A stretch of 64,000 nucleotides of DNA. It comes from Chlorokybus atmophyticus. Taxonomy: Eukaryota; Plantae; Mesostigma and Chlorokybus algae. Position numbers and translations under genes: made by a program. Below are positions 1 through 12,167 of this stretch, one piece after another (positions within the stretch are counted from its first letter, which is position 1; each line of letters starts with the position of its first letter). The notes beneath the pieces were generated by a model. The model made no database searches. It was not told the origin of the DNA and saw nothing but the letters and a program-made list of their open reading frames with translations. The stretch lies in contig RHPI01002262.1 in the NCBI GenBank assembly GCA_009103225.1, forward strand, positions 705,382-769,381. The letters run 5' to 3'.

Positions 1-1430
1 GATTTATCCTTGGATCCACGCCTCCTGCAACTCCCTTGCGGACAAAGACCAGCTTGCATCTGTCCGCATCCCAGACTTCGATCCTGGCAGGTGACTTTTA
101 TTGTGACTTCTTGTACCGATCCGCATACTGCCATATTCTGTTTGCTAAGTAACTATTGAAGACATGTGACGTGGGTGAGTGGACACACTTGTAATTGATT
201 CATCAAGGATGCGGCTGTAGTCAAGAACAATTATAAGTCTGATTGGAATTTTGTTGGCTGCATGGCACCGCAGTGCACGACTAGTCGTGAACGGCAGTTG
301 TTGTCATTCGTTTGACACGTCTGGATTTGAAGTTGAAGTTTGTAAGTTGTGTGGTAGAGCAAGGCTGGTGTTTGCGAGATGAACTGTACCGACATGCGAT
401 TGTTTTGTGTGCTTTTGTGGTGTTTGTGCTGCAGCGCTGGAGTGGCAAATTTTTCCATGTGTGCAGGCGACTTCGTTGAGGTGTATGGCGAGCCATCGCA
501 GGCAGGTATGAATCACAGTCACACCTTGACAGCAATGTAACATATGTGCATGCGACATAAACCACTTCTACCAGTTGTAGCAACACAGGATAAGTCATAT
601 GCAAGCTGTGATGTATAATCTATAATATGTAATTTATACACAATAATTGGTTGCCACCATATCCCATGCCAGTTGCTCCCCGAAAGACCATCCCCCTGCT
701 TGCAACTATATAACAACATTTTCTGACTGCCATGCGTGCGGTGTGCTGTGTCTCTGTGCAGGGCAATGGGATGCTGTTGTAACTTGCTTCTTCATCGACA
801 CTGCCCACAATGTACTGGCGTACTTGGACGTCATTTATCGCGTGCTGCGCCAAGGAGGGGTAACAGCTTGCAAGTTGAATGTGTAACACATCACTGTGTA
901 ATTATCATTTAACCGTCACTTGTCGCCTCATCTCTTCCCTCAACACGCCAACTTGTGCCTTGCACGTGCAGGTGTGGATCAACATTGGTCCTCTGCTATA
1001 CCATTTCGCCGACGCACATCATTACTCGGCAATTGATGTGAGTCTGAGTGAGTGTTGGGCTTCAAATGTTGTGTAGCAGTACGGGTTTGCGAGGCTTGTT
1101 GGGTACATATCTGATACTTGTATACGTACAAGCAGGAGCTGTCCATAGAGATCAGCTTGGAAGCTGTAGAGCGCGTTGCATTCGAGTTGGGCTTCGTGTC
1201 GCAAAGGAAAGAGTTGAGGCACACATATTACACCGCCAATCCAAAAAGCATGCTACAGGTCTGTGGCGTCAATCCTCAGCTAGCCGTTGTGTGTCAGCGC
1301 AAACAGGCTGCCATGCACTGGAGTCAACATGCTCTGCACATTGCAAACCACTTGCGTGTTTTGCTTGCAGACGCAATACACCAGCGCTTTCCACGTCATG
1401 ACCAAGGGTGGACCTTTGCCTCTGCAATAA
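1..1430 (+). CDS. Carnosine N-methyltransferase (N2227/CARNMT1-like), 3' part; spliced, 5' end outside window
   Basis: Exons join via GT-AG to give IYPWIHASCNSLADKDQLASVRIPD, NFSMCAGDFVEVY, WDAVVTCFFIDTAHNV, WINIGPLLYHF, ELSIEISLE, YTANPKSMLQ and a last exon 1371-1430 TQYTSAFHVMTKGGPLPLQ*. These are the characteristic N2227-family motifs. Confidence 0.9.
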
Positions 1431-2493
1431 ATACAGGGCCGAAAGTGCAGCACAATTGCTCAGCAACTCCCACTCCATCCCGTGCCAATTCTATTGGGGT
1501 GCAGTTTGTGATGTCCGTGGCCCACACCACATGGGCTGAAGGGCCATCCTGAGCATGAGTTTCATTTGGCAAGTTCCTACATAGGCTGTGGTTGCATTGG
1601 GAGCAATGCACGCTCAACCTGAACATTGCGCAATGCGAGCATATTGCAAGGCACAGTGTTTCTGTTGTCAGGACAATTGCAGTTCGGACGCATGAGCCCA
1701 TGCGTGCACTACCAAGCTTGCAGATCGATTGCAGATTGCGCATCACGGTGCAGTGTCTCCACAATGGTATGAACATAAGTTACAACTGAGTTTACCTTCG
1801 CAACCGCAATCATGTAACCTCAATGCTCCAACACCTGATGTTTAGTTACTGTATACTAAACCTGGACTGCCAAACTCTGCACAGCTACCTAGTCTGCTAA
1901 CTACTCCTGCATGAGCATGGGTTACTCGATGACTATGACTCTCTGATTTAGTCTCACAACCGCCACCTGCGATCCCATTGCGACATCTCAGTGCCAACAA
2001 CAGAAGCACAAGCATACCATGCATGGGCGTGGCATAAACTCGCTACCATACCAATGGCGAATCGTCATCGGAAAGAACTACAACCGTAGTCTGTCTAGGT
2101 ACATGGTTGTGCTGTGAACAGCACAACAACTGGACAGTGTTTCCTTCAACCTGCCAGCCAGCAACAGAAATATCAATTAATGCAGCACCTCCACTACGGG
2201 TGAGCTTCACTTAGCGCGTACTCAACTGCATGCAATGTAACAAATTCGCAACTGAGAGTAAGAGCATTGTACGAGTGAGACTGTCTGCGTTGCTGCGCTG
2301 CTAGTACACTTGAGTGATACACCAACATAATGGGTCAATGTGTGAGTCAATGATTGCACAAACTGGTGACCATTATCAGAGTGAGTGTGATCAAGTCTCA
2401 ATCCCTTGATGACTAAAGTAATTCACAGATGATTTTGCATGCAAGTGATTCCATCCTTACATGCATCGATGTTCTAGTTGCCGAACAAGAATC

Positions 2494-5400
2494 TCACCTC
2501 TTCAATTGAGAAAAGGACAGACGATTGAGTGGGTTGAGTAAATGTGCAAATGACGTGTGGAACAACGGATGACTGACTCCATGCATGGTTGCAACAGAGG
2601 GTCACCTTGGAGCAATGGTTGTCGGCAGGCTCTGTAGCTCGACCTGCCTCTCGGCCAAACCGAAGTGGCACGCATTCCGGCGAGTCATCAACAGTTATGC
2701 AACAATCAGTTTCAAAGCTTTCGTCATGCGCCAGATGTGCTTCGAGCTCAGCAGACTCCTGCATACAGCACCAGCTGAAGTCTCTTTCACTAGACTGCAA
2801 ATGAACAATTTGATAGTGACAATGACAAAGGCGTATGGCGATTTTTTTTTTTGAGTTCTTTTTTCCTCTAACGGAAGATACTTATCCTTCAAGGGTTATT
2901 CAAAGCACCCACATACAAACACAGTCACCATCGCAAACACAAACACATGCACGCATGTGGATGCGCCCACATTACGCCTTGGAAGGGGGTGGAGGGGTGG
3001 TATGCAACACTCAACCAACATGCGTGTTGTGTGCAATCAAGTTCACTACCTGACCTGTGCCGTGCAGCGTGATGAGCGGACACAACGCAAGGAGCAGCGG
3101 ACCGGGGCGGGGCTTTTTGTTGGAGTGAGAAGGAACACCATGCCAGTAGGGCTGGCAATGGTGGACTGGTCGCCTGGCGTTGGTGACCGCGCATGTGATG
3201 CGGGTGTAGCCAACGACATCGGCGACAGGGATAAATCTGAGCAAGGAGAAGATGCCCACGACGCCATCTGATGAGGACGACCCACATCAGCCACTAGCAG
3301 TTGCATGCCATGCACAATACAGCACCTTACACATCACCTCACATCAAAGCACATGCTGGCACACGCATGCCCACGCCCAAACACACATGCTTGGGTGCAC
3401 AAATGGACAAACATGCATGCACGTACATCCCAACAGCAAGCCATTTAGTACCAAGTTGACAATTTGATTCAGTTTAACAAACAACAAACCCACCTGAGCT
3501 GTTGCAGCTATGCGTCGTGCGGTTGCAGGACTCACTCCAACAGTTTCGGCCTCGTTGATACCAGCATGACTGCTGTCGTTGATGCTGCATCTGTTGGAGG
3601 TTGAAGCTGCCTGCCAGTCCGCAGCACGTGAAGCACTCTCTCTTTGAAAAATGCCGCCGACAGCCGCATCAACAGACTTCACTTGCCTCGGCTTCCGACT
3701 GCGATAAAAATCGCCCAAGCGTGCCTTTGCCTTCACCTTTGGCTCAGCCTTTTTCACTGCATCCTTCTTCTGCTTCTTCTCTGGAGTCTTCAACTTCTTA
3801 TTGCTGTTGATGCAGTCTGCCGTATCTGTGTCATACTCTGTGTGCAATGTGGGCACGCTGTTCAACTCTTCAGTGGCATCCTCAACAACACTCTCAAGGA
3901 TGTTGTTGTTCTCTTTGTCAAACTCGTTCTGACTGGCCACTTCATTCTCATTCTCGTCCTCCTCCTCGTCCTCGTCGTCCACGATGGTGTACGCGGACAA
4001 GTCCATGGCTTGGAGGGTGGAGACTGTGACACGCACGTGGGGTGGAAGCGGCTGGCAGTGCGCACAGAGGTCTTGGTGCCTTTGACTCAGGAAGTTGACA
4101 GTCAACGGCATCCTGATGACAAGCAAGACAGGACTAAGGCCTTGGTTGAGTAAAGTCAAGCATTAGCTTGAGTTGGCCAATTCAAGCTGATGCTTAATTT
4201 GACTTTGAAGGATGCCGGTAATGGCAATACCAAGCGTGTTCACACCAGCTTTGCATTAAGCAAGTCCTACTCGTCCCGGATTGCAGTGATTTAGGTGCGA
4301 TGCAACATGTCATAGCTGTGATCAACACCTGGAGTTGTGCAACCAACCACTGGAAAGACAAACACGCATGCACAGCAGCCAGCCCGCCCGCCCGTGCACG
4401 CGTGCGCCCAGCGTGCGTGTGTGCGTGCATAGTGTGTGCGAGCGTGTGCGCGTGCAGGTACAGGCATGCCTACGTGCACACCCACAGCTGTTGCCTACAT
4501 GTGTATGCGGTCATACATCCAAGGTCGTTTGTAGACTGAACATCCAACAATCAAGACGACAGTATTCAAGTACTCGCGTGCTTCCACATTCGACATGAAC
4601 CATGGACAACCACCCACAGCTCGCTTACTCTGCGTATTTCTCGTGCTGCAGCATGAGAAACAGCAGCCGGATGCGTCCGGCGACTCCAGTGAAGTTCGTG
4701 GCGATCTTGCCACCGCGCGGGATGCGCCCGCCTCCCGCTGCCAGCAGCTCCGCGTGCAGCCTCGCCACCTGCTCACGTACCGCTTTGGAGCGCTGCGGGT
4801 GCTGCCACGCCCACTCAAACGCCAGCGCATGAGCCTGTCAAGAGCTTATGTTTGGCGTGCGTATGCGCTTGCATGCAATTGTGCGTGCTTTAAAGAACCA
4901 AACTGCACTTTTGTGTGTAATACAAACGTAGTTCAGTGCGCAAGGCAAGCTGTTCACTCAGTGACAGCTACCAACTGGCATGCAGCTACGTACTGTACAC
5001 AAGTATGCATAGTCCATAACTTATATTCACATAACAGCAAGAATGTACTCCCAACCTGTACCCTTACCTTTGATGGGAAGCCATGCGTGAGAACCGCCAT
5101 CTCCCAAGGTCGGCGTGCACGCGTGAACCTTGCGCCCATAGTGAGCTCGCCATTGTGCTGGCGAATGCGCCGCAATGGGTTCACAGTAAACCTGACATCG
5201 ACGGCACTGTTGATGATGACAATCTGACGAGGCTGATGCTGGTGCTGGTGCTGGTGCTGGCGAAGGTGAAGGTAAAGGTGAAGGCGAAGGTGGTGATGAT
5301 GATGCTGATGATGACGACGATGATGACGAACCTGCATTGGCCAGTCGGCCAGACATGCGCAAGCATAGAATGGCTGTATGACAGAATGACAAGCTGCTAA

Positions 5401-5720
5401 GGCTTGCACGTGTGCACTGCACAATCGAGGGTTTTCACATCTCACCCTATGTAAGAGTGTCCCTTGAATTTGGGGTTCAAGCAAGCCAGTAGGTAGGTGC
5501 AGAAGAACCGCTTGGCGCCATTCTCGCAGTGTGCGCCTTTGAAGACGCTCAAAGATCTTGCCCCGCTTCCTCTTCCACCCCCTGCTACCCCTCCTTCTCC
5601 TCCTCCTCGTCCTGCGCCACTCCTCCCAGGCAGCGCTTGCTCTCGCTCCTGCGACACCTGAATGCGGCCGTCTCCCGCCGCAACGCCCTCAACAACCGCC
5701 GCTTTGGCCTTGCGGACCAT
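2494..5720 (-). CDS. SLX1: SLX1-like GIY-YIG structure-specific endonuclease subunit (plant type, long acidic/low-complexity C-terminus); 3' end uncertain
   Basis: ATG 5720. Spliced RFFCTYLLACLNPKFKGHSYIG|FTVNPLRRIRQHNGELTMGARFTRARRPWEMAVLTHGFPSK|ALAFEWAWQHP, then PLTVNFLS...PLPPHV. YIGFTVNP-RRIRQHNG and FEWAWQHP are SLX1 hallmarks. The stop at 2494 is a tentative splice choice. Confidence 0.88.
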
Positions 5721-6063
5721 GCGTTCAGCTAACCTACCAAACCCTAACCTACCTCAGGCCACCCTACCGCCACCGCCGCCAACAACGCCGCCGCTGCGCT
5801 GACCGTTTGCTTATGCTTTCAAACAGTAAAACATGCTTATACTCGGGGCTAAACATTTATGCTGGCTTCGTTGTAAAACTACTCAACTTAAAAGCGTGTT
5901 TGTGACACACAAAGCGTCTCCGAGGTACGCAACCAAAACCAGGCCAGCGTAATTTAAGTAACTCCAGGCTTCAAGCCAGGCTTTAGCTTTGGCCTGGGCT
6001 GCTCTGGCTTCGTTGGTCGGCTTTGGCCTGGCCTGGCAGCCTCGGCCAGGCCTGCCGCCAGCT

Positions 6064-9000
6064 ATGCCGGGCTTCACGGATTACTTGGCGGAGCTGCGGG
6101 CGTACCTAGCGGTAGAGGAGCGGGCGGAGGACGTGAAGCCGGCGCTGGACACCAATGTCGGCAAGGGGGTGCTGGATGATGACGGCGACAAGGCCGCTGC
6201 AGCTGAGAAGAGCAGGTAGGAGCTAAGGTGCACATCGCATTGGGTTGTGGTGAATGTCTCATTAAAAGCCATGCACAGCGTGCCAGAAGGATCCGTCATG
6301 CGGGCGCAAGTGAGAGCTGGCACCGGCACAGAGACTCCGCCCAAGCATGCTCAGGTGCTGCGTGCGTAGGACTGCTAATCATGTGAAGGGTATGTTTGAC
6401 GTGCATGGTTGCACTGCACACATTGACACACAGTGAGCTATTCGTTCGAGCCAGGGAATGAGGTGGAATAGCTCCGTGTTCGTCGCAGACGATGCTGTTG
6501 CGCTTGAGTGGTGCGTAAGCAACAGCATAACAGCTTGTGCAGGACTCAGGACAACCATATTGAATTCATGCTGCTTTGCACAGGAACCCTTTCACTTCTG
6601 TATTGGCACATGCATGAGCTACGTGCAACAGCTCCGCATGCAGAGCAACATGCACTAGATGTTGTAGTTCAGTCGTGGAACAGCTGGCGTCCACAGTGTT
6701 GCAACCTGCTGTGCTTTAAGCAGCTTCACTGAAGTGTAACACCCGCTTACAGAATCGTTTCACACAAACCCCTGCAATCGGGCTGTGTGCATGCATGACT
6801 CAGCATTGCATGCACACAAGCGTGGGTACACGAGAACAGCTCTATGTTCATTGCAAAGCATGCGAGTCAACTGTTCATTTCCGCCATGGTTGATCAGCTC
6901 ACAATTTTTAGCATGAGATCGCCATCCCATACCTCACCTGCTGTGGTGCTAAGAGCATTTGTGGCAATCAAGATCACGTTCTGCACGCAGCATGCACAAC
7001 GCGCTCGTGGTTGCACAAAATTAGACCTTTCAGCTAACACGACTTGCCATCAATACCCTGTTACCGATCCAGGTTGTCATTCACTATACGTGTCGATCAG
7101 AAAACGGCGTCATCTTCGACTCAACACGGGCAGAACATGGTGGTACGCACCACGTATCATGCATCTTACCATCAAGCTCACTGATGTTTGCGACCGCTGT
7201 GTGCGCATGTGCATGTATATGAGCATGTGCGCATGAATTTCATCTCTCACTGGCGTTGCAGGGAGCGGATACCCCACCAGGTTTGTTTTGGGCAAGGGCC
7301 AGCTGGTCCGCGGGCTAGATATCGGTCTCAGCCACATGACCAAGAATGAAGTCGTGATGGTGATTATGACATCAATTACACGCACATTATGCGTCGTCCA
7401 TTGTGCACAGCTTTGTGTTTGTTGGTTATGTTGGCAAAGACAACGTGTTGGCTGCAGTTCAAACTAGCCCCAGAAGTGGCGTACAAAGACCCTTTGACTT
7501 TGCTCACCGCACCGAAAGGCACCTCGATTGATGAGCCCTTGTTCTTTGAGCTGGAGCTCATTGACTTCCACCCTATTAAGGTAAGTCCACATGTTGTCTT
7601 ATGTCAGTGTGCATTGGTTTACTGATAACATGCACAAGGCTGCACACGCATTGTACTTGTTGGGATCTCACAAGTGTTGGTGAGTGTTGCTATATTGGTG
7701 GTTTCTCTGCAGGTGGTCACTAGGGATGCCTCAGTGGTGAAGAGGGTAAGCACCATTCCCACCTATCAGTAGTCTTTCAGGGCGTGGGAGTATACAACAA
7801 GAAATATACTCAAGCATGTGTTTACTTTGTTGACTCGTGAAGGTGCTGAAGGAAGGCGAGGGGTGGGAGACCCCACGCGCGCCGTTCGAGGTGCGGCTGG
7901 CGTGCGAGGGGCGCACCCTTGACGGCAGAGCATTCTTCCCCGCGACGCAGGACCTTCGCTTCACCATCGCCGATGGCAAGGTGGGCATGCACACGAGTGT
8001 TTCGTGAACGTACGCGTGCGTGCCTGCACAAGTCTGACTCACTCAGCAGTGCCTGCATGATCACAAGCGGTTTTGCTTGGTCAGTGTAGCTGCTACTACT
8101 TGCCCAACTTGTAGTTCAGTTACCAGCGCATGCATTATGTGAGCTAACGGCAGCGACAGCAGTACTGAGCGAGTTCAGTAAGCAACTGTCATCATGTTAC
8201 CAGCTGCCGCCGGGGTTGGAACAGGCAGTGAGCACGATGCTGCTCGGGGAGCGCGCGCTCGTGACATGCTGCGGCACGGCCGCGCGGGAATGCATGCTGG
8301 ACTCACCTCCCGCTCGGGCCGACATTGTCGAGTGGGAGGTCGAACTGCTTGAAGTAATCCAGGTGAGTGTTTGTTTGTGTATGTGCATCATACTGAAACA
8401 AACAGAGATGCATTACCATCATCATCATTGTCATGATCATTGGTGTTTGTGAGTCAGGTGCGGGACATGACGGGAGATGGCGGTGTCATTAAGAAGCGAG
8501 TGAAGGTCGGGCGCACAGTCTTTCCGATCGGCTGTCCGCTGGAAGATTGCACAGTGTCAGGTGTTTCATCCCACCTGTTACGGATATCTACGATGGATCA
8601 TACTTAACGCAATCATCTTCAGAAGTGATTTTGCCTTGCAGTGCACTGCGTGGGTCGCGTCGTTGCCAAAGGCAACAACAATGTTGACAATGCGATGCCT
8701 GCCTTTGTGGATACCCGCGCTGAGGGGAAGCCTCTGGAGTTTGAGACTGGCTCTGGACAGGTGATTGGAACAAAAGGCATGTTTAGGGTGATGATTTCAA
8801 CAAGAGAGCTCAATGCCTGCTTGACACCTCAAGCCCAGGTGCCGGAGGCGATAGACATGAGCGTGCGATTGATGACGAAAGGCGAAGTTGCTGTGGTTCG
8901 AAGCACCTCCCAATACGCTTACGACACTTTTCAACCAAGGTGCGGCACACAAGCCGTTTCGCTGTGCATCATCCAGCTTTATTGGATGCCAACACCATCG

Positions 9001-10184
9001 ATGTTGTTGAGACACATGCAGTCAACAGCCTTCAACACCACACCAAATGTCCTTCTATTGCCTTCGGTTGCCTTCCAACTCAAGGACATGTTGTTCCAAC
9101 GTTAGCAACACCAGACAGCACCAGTTTGACTGGAGCACAAGACTCAATACACAAAGTACCAATACTGTTTGTTGGTTTTACTTCAGGCCATCTTCAGTCC
9201 CCGAGGGTGCATCAGTGCAGTGGGAGCTGGAGTTGTTGGACTTTAGTGAGCCCAGAATGTGGGAAGGCCTATCAGCATCTGAGGTGAGCTAATGTTTGAA
9301 GAACTCGTTGAATCAGTTGCCACAATCCTGAACATGCATGCATCCGTGCAGGTTGCGGCAGATGCGGCAGCAGCCAGGGAGGCCGGCAACCGGCTTTTCA
9401 AAGATGGTAACACGAAGCTCGCATTTGCAAAGTATCAAAAGACGCTGAGGAAGCTGGAGAAGGCAGCGGGAGAGTGGAGCCAGGCGGAAGGCGAGACCAT
9501 CATTGAACCCCTTAAGGTGTGGTAAAAATTTGTGAGCATTCTTGATGCTTGAAAGAGGTTGTGCAAATTAAACTCTTCCTGTTCAGACGAGCTTCCTGTT
9601 GAATATAGCTGCTTGCCAACTGAAGCAAAAGGAGTACCTTGAGGCAGCCCAGTCATGCAACAAGGTACACATCGACGTGACGCGAGTCTCTGCAGTATTT
9701 ATGTACACTGACAACTGGTACATCACAAGTATATCACAGTTAAGCCTTACAGTTGCGCACACACCTGCATGCATGCACGAGCGCACATATGTGTTGGCTC
9801 GTGGTATGTACGCACATACACGCACTTGTACGCACGCATATACAAACCGCGCTTACTCAGACAGCTCGTTTGGAATGTACTGCTGGATAGTCACCTTGCA
9901 TGCACCTGACATGGCAGTGCGCATAGTTCACGCCAACGTGTCATCTTTGGCAGGTACTGGAGCTGCAGCCGGGCTCGGCAAAGGCACTCTACCGGCGTGG
10001 GCAGGCGCTGGCGGCGTTGGGTGAGTTTGATGCGGCGCGTGCGGATTACGAAGCCATGGCTGAGATGGATGACGGCGCCCACGAGGTGGACTCCCGTGCT
10101 GCTCTTGCGCAGCTCGCCGTGAAGGTGCGGGAGTATGAAGAGCGGAGTAAGAAGACGTTTGCTGGGATGTTTGGCAATCGATAG
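6064..10184 (+). CDS. PAS1: PASTICCINO1-like multi-domain FKBP peptidyl-prolyl isomerase (3 FKBP domains + TPR)
   Basis: Spliced VVIHYTCRSENGVIFDST, FVLGKGQLVRGLDIGL, VLKEGEGWETPRAPFEV, VRDMTGDGGVIKKRV...FPIGCPLED, VPEAIDMSVRLMTKGEVAVV...YAYD, then TPR motifs GNRLFKDG, LNIAACQLKQKEY, KALYRRGQA; ends FAGMFGNR*. The third FKBP domain resembles plant PAS1 more than ROF1. Confidence 0.85.
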
Positions 10185-12009
10185 CGCACATGTGAAATAG
10201 CATAGCTTTGTGGTAAGATTTGAAGGAATGCGGCAGTGATTGTGGTGCGGTTTTGTATTTGTGCAATTGTTGGTTTACATCAAATGCAGGACATGCATGC
10301 GCATGCACTATGTGTAGTCCAGTCAGCACGCAGCAACACATGCAAGGTGTCGTACAAATGACATTTAGTTGACCACCGGGCTACTACTAGCACGCTAATC
10401 TACTGCCTCTACCCCGTTAGACATGCAGCAGTCAATATTTGTTTGCATGCCTAATCGTAGGAGCTGTACAATTGCACTCATTGCTCATTACAACCGGCAT
10501 TAGCGACTGACACACACTCTGTGGTTGCTTTCTTCAATCAAGCAATATGTATGGCCCAAACCAGCAATACACACAAACCAAATCGGTGTGTAGGCAACTC
10601 GGTGAGCCCAAGCTAACTTGCATATCGCGCACGTGTTGCTTGCGTACTGACTAAATGACAGTGTCAGTTGACGCTGGCAATAAAGTGCAGGACATACTCA
10701 TTGCAGCATACCCCTTTTGTGTCTATTAAACTAATCCAACGCATAAGACCAAGTTACGTTTTGTGCATTCCAGCATAGACACATCCATCAATGCATCAAT
10801 GCAAACACATAGCGGCTGTTACTGACGCATCATTATAATGCAGTCGATGTTTGCCAAATGGCATTGACTACCCCACACTATGGCATCGCTAACATGCAGG
10901 GTAGCGCTAGTGGCATTAATTGGTGCACACCAACAATCGCATGTCTTAAACACATAACCAACCGTAGAGTTGCAGTCAATCAAGCTCCAAGGTTCGCAAG
11001 GGGCCACAGTAGACAAGCAAGCAGTGTGCCACTCAACAGTACACACATTCTAGGGTCAATGAGGCAATAGGGTTTACGAGTACACACACAGCCTCACCGC
11101 GCATTGCCCATGACAAGCACGCTCAGCTAGCATGCACCCAACCTAGAGCAACTTTTCCCATGGCCGCCAACATGCCACACTCACAATAGCACCAGCAAGC
11201 AAAGTGTGTGGGGGCCAAGGCAGATTAACTTAGCTACTAGCAATAAGGACTGCTATGACCGCTAGGACTGCTAGGACTACTAGGACAACCCTCAAGCAGC
11301 AGCAGGGCGCAGTGGAAACCAACAGCAAGGTGAAGGACAACCTGCAGAGCGCAGGGGGAGAGAGCAGAGGTAGAGGTTTGGGCCTGCGCCTGGTTGGTAG
11401 CGGCATGCACGACGACGACGCTGGTGACATCGACGCTGGTGACAACCGCTAGTCCCCCCGCTCCCCAACGGAAAAGACTCGGATAAGTGCTGTTGATAAG
11501 AACTGACTCACTCAACACTTACGATAAGTACTAAATGAGTCATCCTGGCCAGGGAGCGATAGATATAATTGCCGGTAAGCATCAGATAAAACTGAGTTGT
11601 TCAGTCTCAGTAAACGTAGTTAACTCAAAGCAAGTGTTTGGTACCTGCTGCAGAGCATGCGCAGGTTGTCACAAGCAAGAAAGAAAAGACACATTCACAT
11701 ACTAGGCATAAGACACGAGGCAGTCAGCAGCAGCCACAACAAGCACGAAGATTCAATGCTGCTGTGAAGAACCGACACAAATGGCAGTGGCCCACTGTCG
11801 GCCTTGACTGAATGGCAAGCACTTGCAAAAGTACCTAGCAGAGCTGCTTGCACACAGCAGACATTGCCTGAGCAACAAGCTCAGAGCACAAAAACACCTC
11901 AGGGGCGTCGATGCCAAGCGGCTGAGCTCCTGGCGATCTCTGCAGCAAGTTCAGAAGCTGCGCTGCTTGCAGCAAGCACCATGTCCGCGGCAAGCAGGCA
12001 GCGCCTGAT

Positions 12010-12167
12010 TGCTTGCGTCAAGCCGCTCAGCCTAGCGGCTTGACGCAAGCAGGCAGTCAGCTGCGCCCTTCACCCAACCGCACCGCCGCGGTTGCGTCAA
12101 GCCGCTAGGCTGAGCGGCTTGACGCAAGCAGGCAGTCAGCTGCGCCCTTCACCCAACCGCACCGCCC
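12010..12167. repeat. 79-bp tandem duplication, each unit carrying a hairpin whose 6-nt loop is inverted between copies
   Basis: TGCTTGCGTCAAGCCGCT-cagcct-AGCGGCTTGACGCAAGCA (12010-12051), then TTGCGTCAAGCCGCT-aggctg-AGCGGCTTGACGCAA (12092-12127). Both are followed by the same GCAGGCAGTCAGCTGCGCCCTTCACCCAACCGCACCGCC. Confidence 0.95.

Noticed and set aside
5442-5720. First GIY-YIG gene as a mobile homing nuclease
   Set aside because: It has SLX1-specific motifs (RRIRQHNG, FEWAWQHP) and an ordinary multi-intron host gene structure.
5730-5760. Telomere-like AAACCCTAACC
   Set aside because: Only one or two imperfect units in a promoter/5' UTR; not an array.
11225-11520. Possible TAA/TAG = Gln genetic code, as in some ulvophytes
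   Set aside because: Long conserved exons (gamma-tubulin 283 codons, Rep ORF 477 aa) use CAA/CAG with no in-frame TAR, and several host genes end at TAA or TAG at the expected position.
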